Positions 16,274 to 26,138 are shown, counted from the stretch's first letter. The stretch is 46,509 bases of DNA from an uncultured Cellvibrio sp. (GCA_903858205.1 CAIOHY010000438.1:1-46509), one strand, 5' to 3'. Numbers and translations are program-made. The notes: generated by a model from the sequence alone, not told the origin.

Positions 16274-16908
16274 GCGCGTTGCTGCTTGGCCTCGCGAGTG
16301 TTGGCAGCAGTGTGTACGCACAGGATGAAGACACCAGTGAAGACGATGAGTTAGAGCAAATCATTACGCCTGATATTAAGCGGCGCACCGTAAAAGAAGA
16401 TGATTTGGATAGCGAAGATTTTGAAATGGGCGCCTTCTATGGTTTGCTCAGCATCGAAGATTTTGGCACCAACGAAGTGGTGGGAATTAATTTTGCCTAT
16501 CACATTACAGAAGATTTTTTTGTTGAAGGTGCTTACGGCGTTAGCAAGACCGAAAAGACCAGCTACGAGCTTCTGAGTGGTGGTGTGGAGTTGTTGACTG
16601 ATGATGAGCGCGATCTGAATTATTACAATTTGTCAGTGGGATACAATTTCTTGCACGGACAAGTATTTATTTCAGATAAGTGGGCGTTCAATAATCACTT
16701 TTATATAGTGGCGGGCGCGGGCAATACCGATTTTGCCGCAAAAGATTATTTCACTACCAATATCGGCGCCGGATTACGTTTTTACGCAACCGATTGGATG
16801 GCGCTGGATTTGAGTATGCGCGGCCACAGTTTTAAACACGAATTATTTGGCGAGAGCAAAACGATTACCAATTTGGAATCGCGGTTTGGGTTGTCGTTAT
16901 TTTTCTAG
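16243..16908 (+). CDS. Outer-membrane beta-barrel protein
   Basis: Signal peptide, acidic N-terminus, alternating aromatic strands, C-terminal FGLSLFF. Confidence 0.8.
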   Translation: MESWIQRLFLGALLLGLASVGSSVYAQDEDTSEDDELEQIITPDIKRRTVKEDDLDSEDFEMGAFYGLLSIEDFGTNEVVGINFAYHITEDFFVEGAYGVSKTEKTSYELLSGGVELLTDDERDLNYYNLSVGYNFLHGQVFISDKWAFNNHFYIVAGAGNTDFAAKDYFTTNIGAGLRFYATDWMALDLSMRGHSFKHELFGESKTITNLESRFGLSLFF

Positions 16909-16931
16909 CGTTAATTGTTGGAGTTAGTGAT

Positions 16932-17435
16932 ATGTCACTGCAAAAGTGTTTGTCAAAAAAAATGCTGGGTTTAGGCGTGCTGCTCGCAGCGGGATTCTTT
17001 GCTGTTAACGCCAGCGCAACGCCCGCACCCGATTTCACTCTGTTAAGTAGCAGCGGTGAAAATGTGCGTTTGGCAGAGCAGCGTGGACAAGTGGTGATGT
17101 TGAACTTCTGGGCCTCCTGGTGCGGCCCTTGCCGTAAGGAAATGCCACTGCTGGATGAAATGTCCAAGCGCTACAGCGCGGCCGGTTTTGTGCTCTACGG
17201 TGTGAATGTGGAAGAGGACAATACTGACGCAAAAAAATTAATCAAAGAATTGGGTGTTAGCTTCCCGATTTTGTATGACACCGAAAGCAAAGCCAGCAGT
17301 TTATACAATGTCGATGCTATGCCAACCACGGTGGTGATCGACAAAAAAGGCGAGATTCGTTTTGTAAATCGCGGCTACAAGCCGGGCGATGAAAACAAAT
17401 ACCGCGACCAAATCCGCGAGCTGATTAAAGAATGA
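16932..17435 (+). CDS. TlpA-family periplasmic thiol:disulfide reductase
   Basis: Signal peptide; APDFTL, LNFWASWCGPCRKEMP and MPTTVVIDKKG motifs. Confidence 0.93.
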   Translation: MSLQKCLSKKMLGLGVLLAAGFFAVNASATPAPDFTLLSSSGENVRLAEQRGQVVMLNFWASWCGPCRKEMPLLDEMSKRYSAAGFVLYGVNVEEDNTDAKKLIKELGVSFPILYDTESKASSLYNVDAMPTTVVIDKKGEIRFVNRGYKPGDENKYRDQIRELIKE

Positions 17436-17656
17436 TATTTCGCTGCCTGCTCCTTCTTGCGCTGCTCTTCAGTATCGCTGCCTGTAGCCCCATCAAGCCT
17501 TGGGTGAAGCCTTATGAGCGGCAAAAAATCGCCGATGAAATCATGAGTTTCGAGCGCAACCCCATCGCAGATTCATACTTGCATCACGTCTTTGATGCGC
17601 GCGAAGCTGCGCGTGGTGGAGACGGCGCATCGGGAGGTGGTTGTGGCTGTAATTAA
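17432..17656 (+). CDS. DUF4266-family small lipoprotein
   Basis: Lipobox IAAC; VKPYER; C-terminal REAARGG..GGGCGCN; ATGA overlap with tlpA. Confidence 0.88.
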   Translation: MIFRCLLLLALLFSIAACSPIKPWVKPYERQKIADEIMSFERNPIADSYLHHVFDAREAARGGDGASGGGCGCN

Positions 17657-18803
17657 TCGCTTACTGCTATCTGTGTTAGTGCTCGCGAGTAATGTTTTGC
17701 AGGCTGCGGTCTTGCCTGACGAGCGCATCGATGTGCTTTATCACGGTTACGATGGTGGCGGTGCTGAAATTAATGGCCCCTCGATTTTGGTGCGCAAAAA
17801 TCTTGGTGCATCCGTGTCGGTCGCGGCAAATTATTATGTCGATATGGTCAGCAGCGCATCCATTGATGTGCAGGCCACCGCCAGCCCCTACAGCGAAGAG
17901 CGCAAAGAAAATGGCATCAGCGGCCAATACCTGGTAGATCGCTCGACGATTAGTTTGGGTTATACGCGCAGTAAAGAAAATGATTACGATGCATCGACCT
18001 ACACTTTCGGTATTGATCAAAGTTTTTTTGGCGACTTAACGACACTCGGTTTTGGTGTAAGTTTTGGTGAGGATGTGGTTGGCCAAAATACTGATCCAAC
18101 CTATGAGCGCAATTTGGAGCGGCGTAAATACAGCTTCAATGCCTCGCAAATTCTAACTAAAAATTTATTGGCCTCACTCAGTTTTGATAGTGTCAGCGAC
18201 CAATGTCTGGATCTAACTCAAGACGAAAGTTGTTTGAATAATCCCTATCGTTCGGTGCGTTACCTGAGTGGCACTGGCGGTTATCTTTATCAATCGGAAC
18301 TCTATCCGCATACGCGCAATAGCGATGCGCTTGGCTTGCGCGCCATTTATTATTTGCCCTATCGCGCCTCGTTGCGATTGGAAGCACGCCAGTTTTCAGA
18401 CAGCTGGGGAATTGAGTCGGACAACGTCGAGCTGCGCTATTTACATCCATATCGTGAGCAATGGTTGATCGAGGTTAAGTACCGTATCTACGAACAGACC
18501 GGAGCCGATTTTTATTCAGATTTATTTCCCTATCGCGATGCGCAAAATTTTTTAGCGCGCGACAAAGAATTGAGCCCATTTTCATCCACAACCTTTGGGT
18601 TGGGCGTGACTTACAAAGTGCCTGCCGGAGTCATTCCCTGGTTTGAAAAAAGCACCGCCAATCTTTACTGGGATCGATTTGATATCGACTACGATAACTT
18701 CCGTGATGCGCGCGTATCGCCTACTGACTATGCCGCAGGCGAAGAGCCGCTCTACAATTTGCAGGCGGATGTGATTCGGTTCTATTTATCTTTTTGGTTT
18801 TAG
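17643..18803 (+). CDS. DUF3570-family outer-membrane beta-barrel protein
   Basis: Start re-called to GTG 17643; YYVDMVSSASIDV, ENDY, LNNPYR, DSWGI, QTGADFY and RDKELS motifs; C-terminal Phe. Confidence 0.85.
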   Translation: MAVINRLLLSVLVLASNVLQAAVLPDERIDVLYHGYDGGGAEINGPSILVRKNLGASVSVAANYYVDMVSSASIDVQATASPYSEERKENGISGQYLVDRSTISLGYTRSKENDYDASTYTFGIDQSFFGDLTTLGFGVSFGEDVVGQNTDPTYERNLERRKYSFNASQILTKNLLASLSFDSVSDQCLDLTQDESCLNNPYRSVRYLSGTGGYLYQSELYPHTRNSDALGLRAIYYLPYRASLRLEARQFSDSWGIESDNVELRYLHPYREQWLIEVKYRIYEQTGADFYSDLFPYRDAQNFLARDKELSPFSSTTFGLGVTYKVPAGVIPWFEKSTANLYWDRFDIDYDNFRDARVSPTDYAAGEEPLYNLQADVIRFYLSFWF

Positions 18804-18805
18804 TA

Positions 18806-18840
18806 CGAAACCTGTGCGAATGAATCGCACAGGTGTTTCG
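18806..18840. terminator. Hairpin between convergent operons
   Basis: ACCTGTGCGA-atgaa-TCGCACAGGT with outer CGAAA/TTTCG pairing. Confidence 0.6.
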
Positions 18841-18927
18841 CTATTCTTGATTCCGCAGATTTTATCTTTCAGCAGCGTTGTTTTGATGGTGAGTATACTT
18901 GCCTGAATATCGGCGCTAGTCGTAGAT

Positions 18928-20868
18928 CTAGCGCTTTACCGGCACGTAATCATCCATAGCGCGATGCGGCATATCGGTCCAATTATCGGCCGGTAAGGCC
19001 GGAATCGGTGCTGGCGCGGCCAATGGTGGATGTTCAACGGCTAAGAGTTCATTCAAATGCGATAACACCGGGTCTTCGCTGGTTTCGTCGGGGCTTAAAA
19101 AGATTTTGTGCTCGCGTGTTCTCCTGCCCCAGTCGAGGCTACTGGAGTAGCGCACCAAGGGCGCCGCCAGTACCAGACCGGTTAAGACTGGCAACAACCA
19201 CCAGAAAAAAATCGGCGCATAGGTGTAGGTCATAAAACCCCATGCAAGTGCCGCCGTGGTCATTTTGGAGGTGCGTGCGATGCATTCGCCCCAGGGTAAT
19301 AAGCGGCCCTCGCGGTCTTGCGAGTCCCAATTCACTTTAAAGCCGAGCAATACCGAAATCACAAAATAGGCGTGATAGACCATCATGATCGGTGCGATTA
19401 ACACCGCAAAAATAGTCTCGATGATGGTGCCTTTTACAATCGCACGCGCGCCGCCAAATTGTTTGCGTCTGTGGGTGAGCGCGACTATCACGCCGAGTAA
19501 TTTGGGCCCCATCAGCAAGGTTGTGGTGAGCAGGATCAGCGCTACGATCAATTCGGTTTTGGCTATTGGCCAGTTAGGGTAGAGCTGGTAGATCTCGGTG
19601 AAATACACGTTGGAATTGATCGCGCGCACTACGGCGTCGGCCGTACTCAATACCAGCATCAACAGCCAGATCAGCGAAGTGATGTAAGCGATAGCTCCCA
19701 GCAAAAAATGCATGCGGTTGATGGGGTGCAAATCCTTGGTATCGACAATGCCCAAGTGTTGGATATTGCCCTGCACCCAGCGGCGATCGCGTTTGGCGTA
19801 ATCGATAATATTGCAGGGCACTTCCTCGTAGCTGCCTTCCAGATCGGCAAGCAAAAAAACGTCCCAACCGGCGCGGCGCAGCATGGCGGCTTCCACAAAA
19901 TCGTGGCTGAGGATATCGCCACCAAAAGGTGCTTTGCCTGCTAAGGTTGGCAGGCCGCAGTGATCAATAAAGGCGCGCATACGGATGATGGCATTGTGGC
20001 CCCAATAGTTGGCCGCATCGGTCTGCCAAAAGGCGAGGCCGGTGGCAAGCATCGGGCTGTAGAGCACGGCAGCAAATTGCACAAAACGACCGAAAAAGGT
20101 GGTTTGGCGCACGGGAATCGGAATGGTCTGGATCAATCCTGTGCGCGGATTGGCTTGCATGGCGCGCACCATTTTCAACAGGCAATCGCCGGCCATAATG
20201 CTGTCGGCATCCAGCACAATCATGTTTTCGTAGTTGGCGCCCCAGCGCTGGCAGAATTCAGCGAGGTTACCCACTTTGCGCGCGATGTTTTTTTCGCGGC
20301 GGCGATAAAACGCCTGCTTGCCCAAATCCCCCAAGCGCTCCTGCAGCAACTGCCAGGCATCGCGCTCGGCTTGGGCGATGGTCAAATTGGTGGTATCGCT
20401 CAGTAAAAAGAAATCGAAGTGGGCGATCTCACCCGTCTTTTCCAGCGAGCGCAAGGTCGCCTCAAAACCGGCGATCACGCGGTGGGTATCTTCGTTGTAG
20501 ACCGGCATCACCACCGCTGTGCGGCAGTGAATGGGCGATGTGTCCGCCAACAGGCCTTTGGTGGATTTCAGTGTGAGCGGATCGATGCGCAGCATCTGCA
20601 GCATAAACCCGAACAAGCCGCTCCAGAAAGCCAGGGCGAGCCAGGTAAAACTGATGCCAAACAGCACCAGAATTACGCCTTCAAGGGTGGTCAGATCGTT
20701 GGCGCGCAGAATATCGAACATGATGTACACACCGCTGATGGCGGTGAGCACACTCAGGATCACATAAACGTAGCGGCGTAGCGACTTGCCCGGGATGCCT
20801 ATGGCATCCGCGGGCAGAGCGGTTAAATCAGCGGGGGCGCGAAACTGGTGGGTCATATCAGATGGCAT
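18928..20868 (-). CDS. opgH: Glucans biosynthesis glucosyltransferase
   Basis: MPVYNED, FFLLSDT, RKVGNL, VLDADS, NYWGHNAIIR, LSHDFVEAA and RDRRWVQGN motifs. Confidence 0.96.
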   Translation of the reverse strand: MPSDMTHQFRAPADLTALPADAIGIPGKSLRRYVYVILSVLTAISGVYIMFDILRANDLTTLEGVILVLFGISFTWLALAFWSGLFGFMLQMLRIDPLTLKSTKGLLADTSPIHCRTAVVMPVYNEDTHRVIAGFEATLRSLEKTGEIAHFDFFLLSDTTNLTIAQAERDAWQLLQERLGDLGKQAFYRRREKNIARKVGNLAEFCQRWGANYENMIVLDADSIMAGDCLLKMVRAMQANPRTGLIQTIPIPVRQTTFFGRFVQFAAVLYSPMLATGLAFWQTDAANYWGHNAIIRMRAFIDHCGLPTLAGKAPFGGDILSHDFVEAAMLRRAGWDVFLLADLEGSYEEVPCNIIDYAKRDRRWVQGNIQHLGIVDTKDLHPINRMHFLLGAIAYITSLIWLLMLVLSTADAVVRAINSNVYFTEIYQLYPNWPIAKTELIVALILLTTTLLMGPKLLGVIVALTHRRKQFGGARAIVKGTIIETIFAVLIAPIMMVYHAYFVISVLLGFKVNWDSQDREGRLLPWGECIARTSKMTTAALAWGFMTYTYAPIFFWWLLPVLTGLVLAAPLVRYSSSLDWGRRTREHKIFLSPDETSEDPVLSHLNELLAVEHPPLAAPAPIPALPADNWTDMPHRAMDDYVPVKR

Positions 20869-22480
20869 CCGGATACCAGACGTAGCTCCAGACTTCGCTC
20901 AGGCGTTGATCGCGCAATTTTAAGTAAAGGCGCATATCAGCCACTTTGTTGCCCTCCGGCTCCAGCTTGAAGGAGGCACGCCAGGTGCGGCCATCGGGCA
21001 GCTGGCGTACAACCAGCTCACTGATTGTGCCCGCATTTTTTTGCATCTCTGCAACCAGAGGTGCGTCGGTCGAGAGGTTATCCAATTCTCCACCGCGAAA
21101 ATCGATAACAAACTTACGCTTGCTCACCGGAGGAGGATTCGCTTGGCCGGGGTTTGCGCCCCAGCCGATACGGGTGCGGATCACCTTGGCGGTGGTGTTT
21201 TCGGGCAAATGGTCGTCAAAGGTACGCAGGCGATATTTAAAGGTCGCATTGCTGCCCGCTTTCATCGATTTGGCCGGAACCCAGTAGGCAACGACGTTAT
21301 CGTTGGTTTCGCTGTCGCTCGGGATTTCCACCAGCTCTGCACGGCCTTTGCCCCAGTTGCCTTCGGGGATAACCCACATGCTTGGGCGCTTCTCGTAGCG
21401 CGATTCCATATCCATGTAGTGATCAAAATCGCGGTCGCGTTGCAGCAGGCCAAAACCGCGCGGATTTTCATCCAGCATGGAGGAGACGCGCAACTGGCGG
21501 TGGTTGCTGATGGGGCGCCAGATCCACTCGCCGTTAGATGCAGCCATCAGCAGGCCGTCGGAATCATGCACTTCGGGGCGGAAGTCATCGACAAAGCGGG
21601 TATGGTTTTCGCCCCACATATACATACTGGTGAGCGGTGCTACACCGACTTTAAGAATGTCTTTACGTGCAAACAAGCGCGCTTCCACTGCCATCTCGGT
21701 CGGTGCGCCGGGAATGATTTCGAAACGGTAGGCGCCAGTGATTGATGGGCTATCAAGCAGGGCGTACATCACCATACGCGTATCGGTTGGGCCGGGTTTG
21801 ACCAGCCAGAATTCGCGAAACACTGGAAACTCTTCGCCTTTGGGTTCTGCTGTGTCAATCGCCAAACCGCGCGCCGACAAACCATAAGCCAAGCCTGGCC
21901 CTACCAAGCGGAAATAAGATGCGCCCTGAAATACAACGAACTCATCTTTATATTCATTGCTATTGAGCGGGTAATGGATACGGAAACCGGCAAAACCGAT
22001 ATTGCCCGGCGCAACGCCAGCCAAAGGTGCGGCGGGGCCATCGTAGTTGAAGTATTCCTGTTTGAACTGCACAAACGAATCAGGGCCATCGGTGGCCATA
22101 TGTAAGGTCACAGGTTCGCGGTAGAGGAAGCCGGGATGGAACAATTGCAGCTCAAACAATGACTCGTTATGCCACAGCGATGACTCGGGGCGGAAGCGAA
22201 TTGAGCGGTATTGGTCATAGTTCATATTCGCGAGGGCTTCGGGAATATTCGCCTGAATCGGTTTGTAGTCACCGCGTGCGAGTATTTTTGCGCGCGAGGC
22301 TATGGCGTCAAACAATGAAGGCTGGGCAATTTCAGTGGTGGCGGCGGGCGCTATGGCCGGTTGAGCATGGGCAAATCCGGTCAGGCCGGCACTTAATACA
22401 CAGCTCATCGCCAGGGCGGTTAAACCAGTGCAGGTAAATAATCGGCTACCAGCCTTTTTGTTGTTGAACAACATGCTCAT
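20858..22480 (-). CDS. opgG: Periplasmic glucan biosynthesis protein G/D
   Basis: YDQYRSIRF, FQGASYFR, YGLSARGLAIDT, EEFPVFREFW and DFRPEVHDSDGL motifs; overlaps opgH. Confidence 0.95.
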   Translation of the reverse strand: MSMLFNNKKAGSRLFTCTGLTALAMSCVLSAGLTGFAHAQPAIAPAATTEIAQPSLFDAIASRAKILARGDYKPIQANIPEALANMNYDQYRSIRFRPESSLWHNESLFELQLFHPGFLYREPVTLHMATDGPDSFVQFKQEYFNYDGPAAPLAGVAPGNIGFAGFRIHYPLNSNEYKDEFVVFQGASYFRLVGPGLAYGLSARGLAIDTAEPKGEEFPVFREFWLVKPGPTDTRMVMYALLDSPSITGAYRFEIIPGAPTEMAVEARLFARKDILKVGVAPLTSMYMWGENHTRFVDDFRPEVHDSDGLLMAASNGEWIWRPISNHRQLRVSSMLDENPRGFGLLQRDRDFDHYMDMESRYEKRPSMWVIPEGNWGKGRAELVEIPSDSETNDNVVAYWVPAKSMKAGSNATFKYRLRTFDDHLPENTTAKVIRTRIGWGANPGQANPPPVSKRKFVIDFRGGELDNLSTDAPLVAEMQKNAGTISELVVRQLPDGRTWRASFKLEPEGNKVADMRLYLKLRDQRLSEVWSYVWYPDAI

Positions 22481-22758
22481 CCACTCTTTCTCCGCGTCGG
22501 ATTATTGAGATTAATAAATTGAAATCTTGGGTTTGGTTGTGCCGGCCTAATTTTCGGCGGCGTTGATGCAAGAATCGGCGCGCATTGTAAACCATCCGCC
22601 GCTGAAAATAGCGGGTCAAGCATTCGCGCTCAAGGCTTTTTTTTACTGTTCTTTGCAGAGCCAGTTGGCGCTTCAAAGTACCTGGTTATTACCAATCAGT
22701 CTTTGCGAATGCACCTGTATCAGCTTAACTCAAGAGGAGTTACTCAAGGAGATTTATT

Positions 22759-23076
22759 ATGAGCCGCCCGACCCCGTCTACACCTGCCTTCCCCGCTAGA
22801 GCGGAACGTCAAAACCAGCCTAATTTGTTACCTGTTGTCCGGCGTGTTATCGAGCAATTAAACCAGCTCTTTATCGATCATTTTGGCCCTGTGGGCAAAG
22901 GGCTGGTGGCGGAGGTATTCCAGCAATGGTTGCATGCCGGCAAGACCGGGCCTTCTGGATTGCGTCACTACGTCTATGCGTTGGGGGTGCAGTTGGAAGA
23001 TCCGGCCGTGCGTAAAAAATTTACCGAGCGCGCCGAGCGTTTGCTGCTGCACCTTCAATCGGGCTATGTAAGCTAA
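22759..23076 (+). CDS. Small hypothetical protein
   Basis: Strong AAGGAG RBS; 105 aa, helical, FIDHFGPVG motif. Confidence 0.7.
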   Translation: MSRPTPSTPAFPARAERQNQPNLLPVVRRVIEQLNQLFIDHFGPVGKGLVAEVFQQWLHAGKTGPSGLRHYVYALGVQLEDPAVRKKFTERAERLLLHLQSGYVS

Positions 23077-23188
23077 GCCATTCTCGCGCACCATCGTCGC
23101 ATTGATCCCTTTGTAATGAAATAAGCTTGGTGCTTTTTACTGCTACACTCTTTGGCATACTTCTCTGGTTTTGCAGCGGTTGGTTGAG

Positions 23189-25594
23189 ATGCCCAATATA
23201 AGAAATTACATGCGCGAAAACCCTATAGCGGCACGGCTATTGGGCCTCATTATTATCAGCAGTTCGATTGTCACGCTGGTGGCCATTTTGTTGCAGCTGC
23301 ACAGCAATTTTAATGATGACGTAGCCGCACTTGAAAAGCGTTTGGATCAAGTGCGTATCAGTACGCTGGCGAGCATCACCAAAAGCTTGTGGGGATTTGA
23401 CCAAGAGCAATTGAATATCCAGATCAATAGCGTGCTTGCGGTGTACGATGTGGTGCAAGTCAACGTTGTTTGGCACGACTGGAATAACAGCGAACAAACA
23501 TTAGTGGCGAGCAACAATACCTATGATCCGCAGGATCTGGAAAATAAGCGAAGCCAGTTTTTGGTGCGTAGTTATCCGCTAGTCTATGAAGATGCGAGCA
23601 CCCCGGAGCAGCAACTGGGTACGCTTACCGTAACCGCGAGCCTCAGCAGTATTTACGATAAATTGTGGGAGCGGGCCTTTTTTATTGCGCTGGTGCAGGG
23701 CACGAAAACCCTGGTAATTGCTCTTTTTATTGTCTGGCTGTTGCATACTTTGCTGACGCGTCATATGAAAACCGTTGCCCACTACGCGCGCAATCTCAAT
23801 CTTGAAACCCTCACTAAACCTCTCAAACTCAAGCGACTCAAAGTCGATTCGGCGCCAGATGAATTGGATAATGTTGTCAACGCCATTAACCACATGCGCG
23901 AGACCTTGCTCGACGATATTGAGCAGCGCCACGCGATTGAAATGGCGTTATTGACGGAAAAAGAAGAAAAGTTGGAGACCCGTCGCCAAAAAAATGCTGC
24001 AGAAGATGCAAGTCGTGCGAAGAGCCAATTCCTTGCCACTATGAGCCATGAAATTCGCACGCCCATGAATGGTGTAATCGGCATGTTGGAAATGCTGCGT
24101 GACACACCGTTGGATGATAATCAAAAACATTACATCGATGTTATTCATCGCTCAGGTGAAACTCTGCTGACGATAATCAATGACATTCTCGATTATTCCA
24201 AAATCGAAGCCGGCAAAATGCAGCTCGAAGAGACTACTTTTGAGTTGGATGAGCTTGTGGAAGGTTGTGTGCAATTGTTTGGCGCCACGGCTAACAAGCG
24301 TCACATCGAACTATTTGGTGGGCTCGATCCTGACGTGCCTAAATGGGTTAAGGGGGATCCAACGCGATTGCGCCAAATCGTTATTAATTTGTTGGGCAAT
24401 GCTTTTAAATTTACGACGGAAGGATTTGTTTCGCTGCAAGTAGCGCGTGTTGTGGATGTGTCGGAAGACAAAATAGAGTTGCGTTTTATGGTGCAAGACA
24501 GCGGCATCGGCATCGACATGAGCAGCACGGCGCATTTGTTTGATTCTTTTAATCAAGCGGATGCATCAACGACCCGGAAGTATGGCGGCACCGGCTTGGG
24601 CTTGGCGATTTGCAAAAGTCTTGCGGAATTAATGGGTGGTCAAATTGGTGTCGACAGCGTAAAAGGTGTCGGCTCAACTTTTTGGTTTACTGCGCAGCTG
24701 GGGCGTGAGGATGCCTGTGATTTGAATCGCGCTCAATCAGATTTCAAAAGCGGTTCATTACAAGATAAAAAATTGTTGCTTGTGGAGTCAGGGCGCAAGC
24801 TCAGTGAATTTGTTGCTCGCCATTGTAATCAGTGGGGAGTGAGTGTGGAGTCTGTCGCATCAGCAAAAACCGCCCTCGCGCAACTTAAACATGCAATGCA
24901 TTCGGGTGAACCCTACGATTTCATCGGCTTTGATTACTCCCTGCCCGATGCAACGGGGTTTGAGTTGGCGCATTGGATAAGAGCCTTGCCTGAGTTTCGC
25001 GAGCTTCCGTTGTTTATGTTCAGTGGTGGTGATGTCTACCACGACCAAGTACAAATGCGTAACCTTGCTATTCATGCGGTTTTACGTAAACCGGTTTCGA
25101 TAAAATTATTGCGCCAGGAATTAATTGCGCTCTTGGGGCATGAGCCGGTTCCGTTGATGGCCGCCGAGCAAGATACCCGCGATCCCGCTAAATTTGCCAA
25201 TTTGCGCGTGCTGGTCGCAGAAGATAATCCGGTCAATCGCATGGTTATTAAAGGGCTATTGGGTAAGCTCAATATAGTGCCGAATTTTGCAGAAAATGGA
25301 GTGGAGGCCTTTGATGCGGTGCGGGAATCTAGCGAGCGCTTTAGCCTGATTTTGATGGATTGTGAAATGCCTGAGATGGATGGCTTTGAAGCGACGCGCG
25401 CGATTCGTGATTACGAACGGCGCGAGGGGCTATCGGCGACACCGATTATCGCGCTAACAGCGCATGCTCTCCAGGAGCACCGCGAAGCAGTCTTTGCCAG
25501 TGGCATGAATTACTATTTGTCCAAACCAGTCACCTTTAACAATCTCTACTCGGCATTTGAAGCGATTGGTTTGGTAGCACCCTTGAATCACTGA
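23189..25594 (+). CDS. Hybrid sensor histidine kinase (2 TM, HAMP, HisKA, HATPase, two receiver domains)
   Basis: FLATMSHEIRTPMNG, GDPTRLRQIVINLLGNAFKFT, GGTGLGL and LMDCEMPEMDG motifs. Start uncertain (23171, 23189 or 23210). Confidence 0.93.
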   Translation: MPNIRNYMRENPIAARLLGLIIISSSIVTLVAILLQLHSNFNDDVAALEKRLDQVRISTLASITKSLWGFDQEQLNIQINSVLAVYDVVQVNVVWHDWNNSEQTLVASNNTYDPQDLENKRSQFLVRSYPLVYEDASTPEQQLGTLTVTASLSSIYDKLWERAFFIALVQGTKTLVIALFIVWLLHTLLTRHMKTVAHYARNLNLETLTKPLKLKRLKVDSAPDELDNVVNAINHMRETLLDDIEQRHAIEMALLTEKEEKLETRRQKNAAEDASRAKSQFLATMSHEIRTPMNGVIGMLEMLRDTPLDDNQKHYIDVIHRSGETLLTIINDILDYSKIEAGKMQLEETTFELDELVEGCVQLFGATANKRHIELFGGLDPDVPKWVKGDPTRLRQIVINLLGNAFKFTTEGFVSLQVARVVDVSEDKIELRFMVQDSGIGIDMSSTAHLFDSFNQADASTTRKYGGTGLGLAICKSLAELMGGQIGVDSVKGVGSTFWFTAQLGREDACDLNRAQSDFKSGSLQDKKLLLVESGRKLSEFVARHCNQWGVSVESVASAKTALAQLKHAMHSGEPYDFIGFDYSLPDATGFELAHWIRALPEFRELPLFMFSGGDVYHDQVQMRNLAIHAVLRKPVSIKLLRQELIALLGHEPVPLMAAEQDTRDPAKFANLRVLVAEDNPVNRMVIKGLLGKLNIVPNFAENGVEAFDAVRESSERFSLILMDCEMPEMDGFEATRAIRDYERREGLSATPIIALTAHALQEHREAVFASGMNYYLSKPVTFNNLYSAFEAIGLVAPLNH

Positions 25595-25744
25595 GTGTGA
25601 GCCGCGCTAGCGGTGTGCAAATAGCGTTCACCTATAGATACTATTGGTTTTTTCTCCTTGCCTGCATCAGGGGCAATCCTTATGATGAGCCCATCTAATT
25701 GGGATACCCCCACCACTAAATGACCGTCAGGTTTGGAGTTTGTT

Positions 25745-26074
25745 ATGAGTAGTGATGCGATTGTGCACGTTAGCGATGCCAGCTTTGAGCAAGAGGTAAT
25801 AGGTGCAGATTTGCCTGTGCTGGTTGATTTTTGGGCTCCTTGGTGCGGCCCCTGCAAAATGATCGCCCCAATTCTTGACGACATTGCCGAGCAGTTTGAA
25901 GGCAAATTAAAGGTTGTAAAACTGAATGTGGATGATCACAAAGAGACTGCCGCTAAATTTAATGTGCGCGGTATACCCACGCTGATTATCTTCAAAAACG
26001 GCGCTGCTCACGCAACTAAAGTAGGTGCAGTTAGCAAACCACAGCTCGCAGATTTCATTAACACTGCAATGTAA
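25745..26074 (+). CDS. trxA: Thioredoxin
   Basis: [16 protein letters not shown]; GGAG RBS before ATG 25745; upstream of rho. Confidence 0.97.
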   Translation: MSSDAIVHVSDASFEQEVIGADLPVLVDFWAPWCGPCKMIAPILDDIAEQFEGKLKVVKLNVDDHKETAAKFNVRGIPTLIIFKNGAAHATKVGAVSKPQLADFINTAM

Positions 26075-26109
26075 TGTTGAGGGTCATCGCAAGATGACCC
26101 AATTTGTTT

Positions 26110-26138
26110 TTGCACTGGGCGATATTTGCCGCTATACT
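26110..26138 (+). promoter_or_regulatory. sigma70 promoter of rho
   Basis: TTGCAC-17 nt-TATACT. Confidence 0.7.

Noticed and set aside
22550-22609. Imperfect 13-bp inverted repeat upstream of opgG
   Set aside because: Long spacer, one mismatch and no second copy; cannot be separated from chance.
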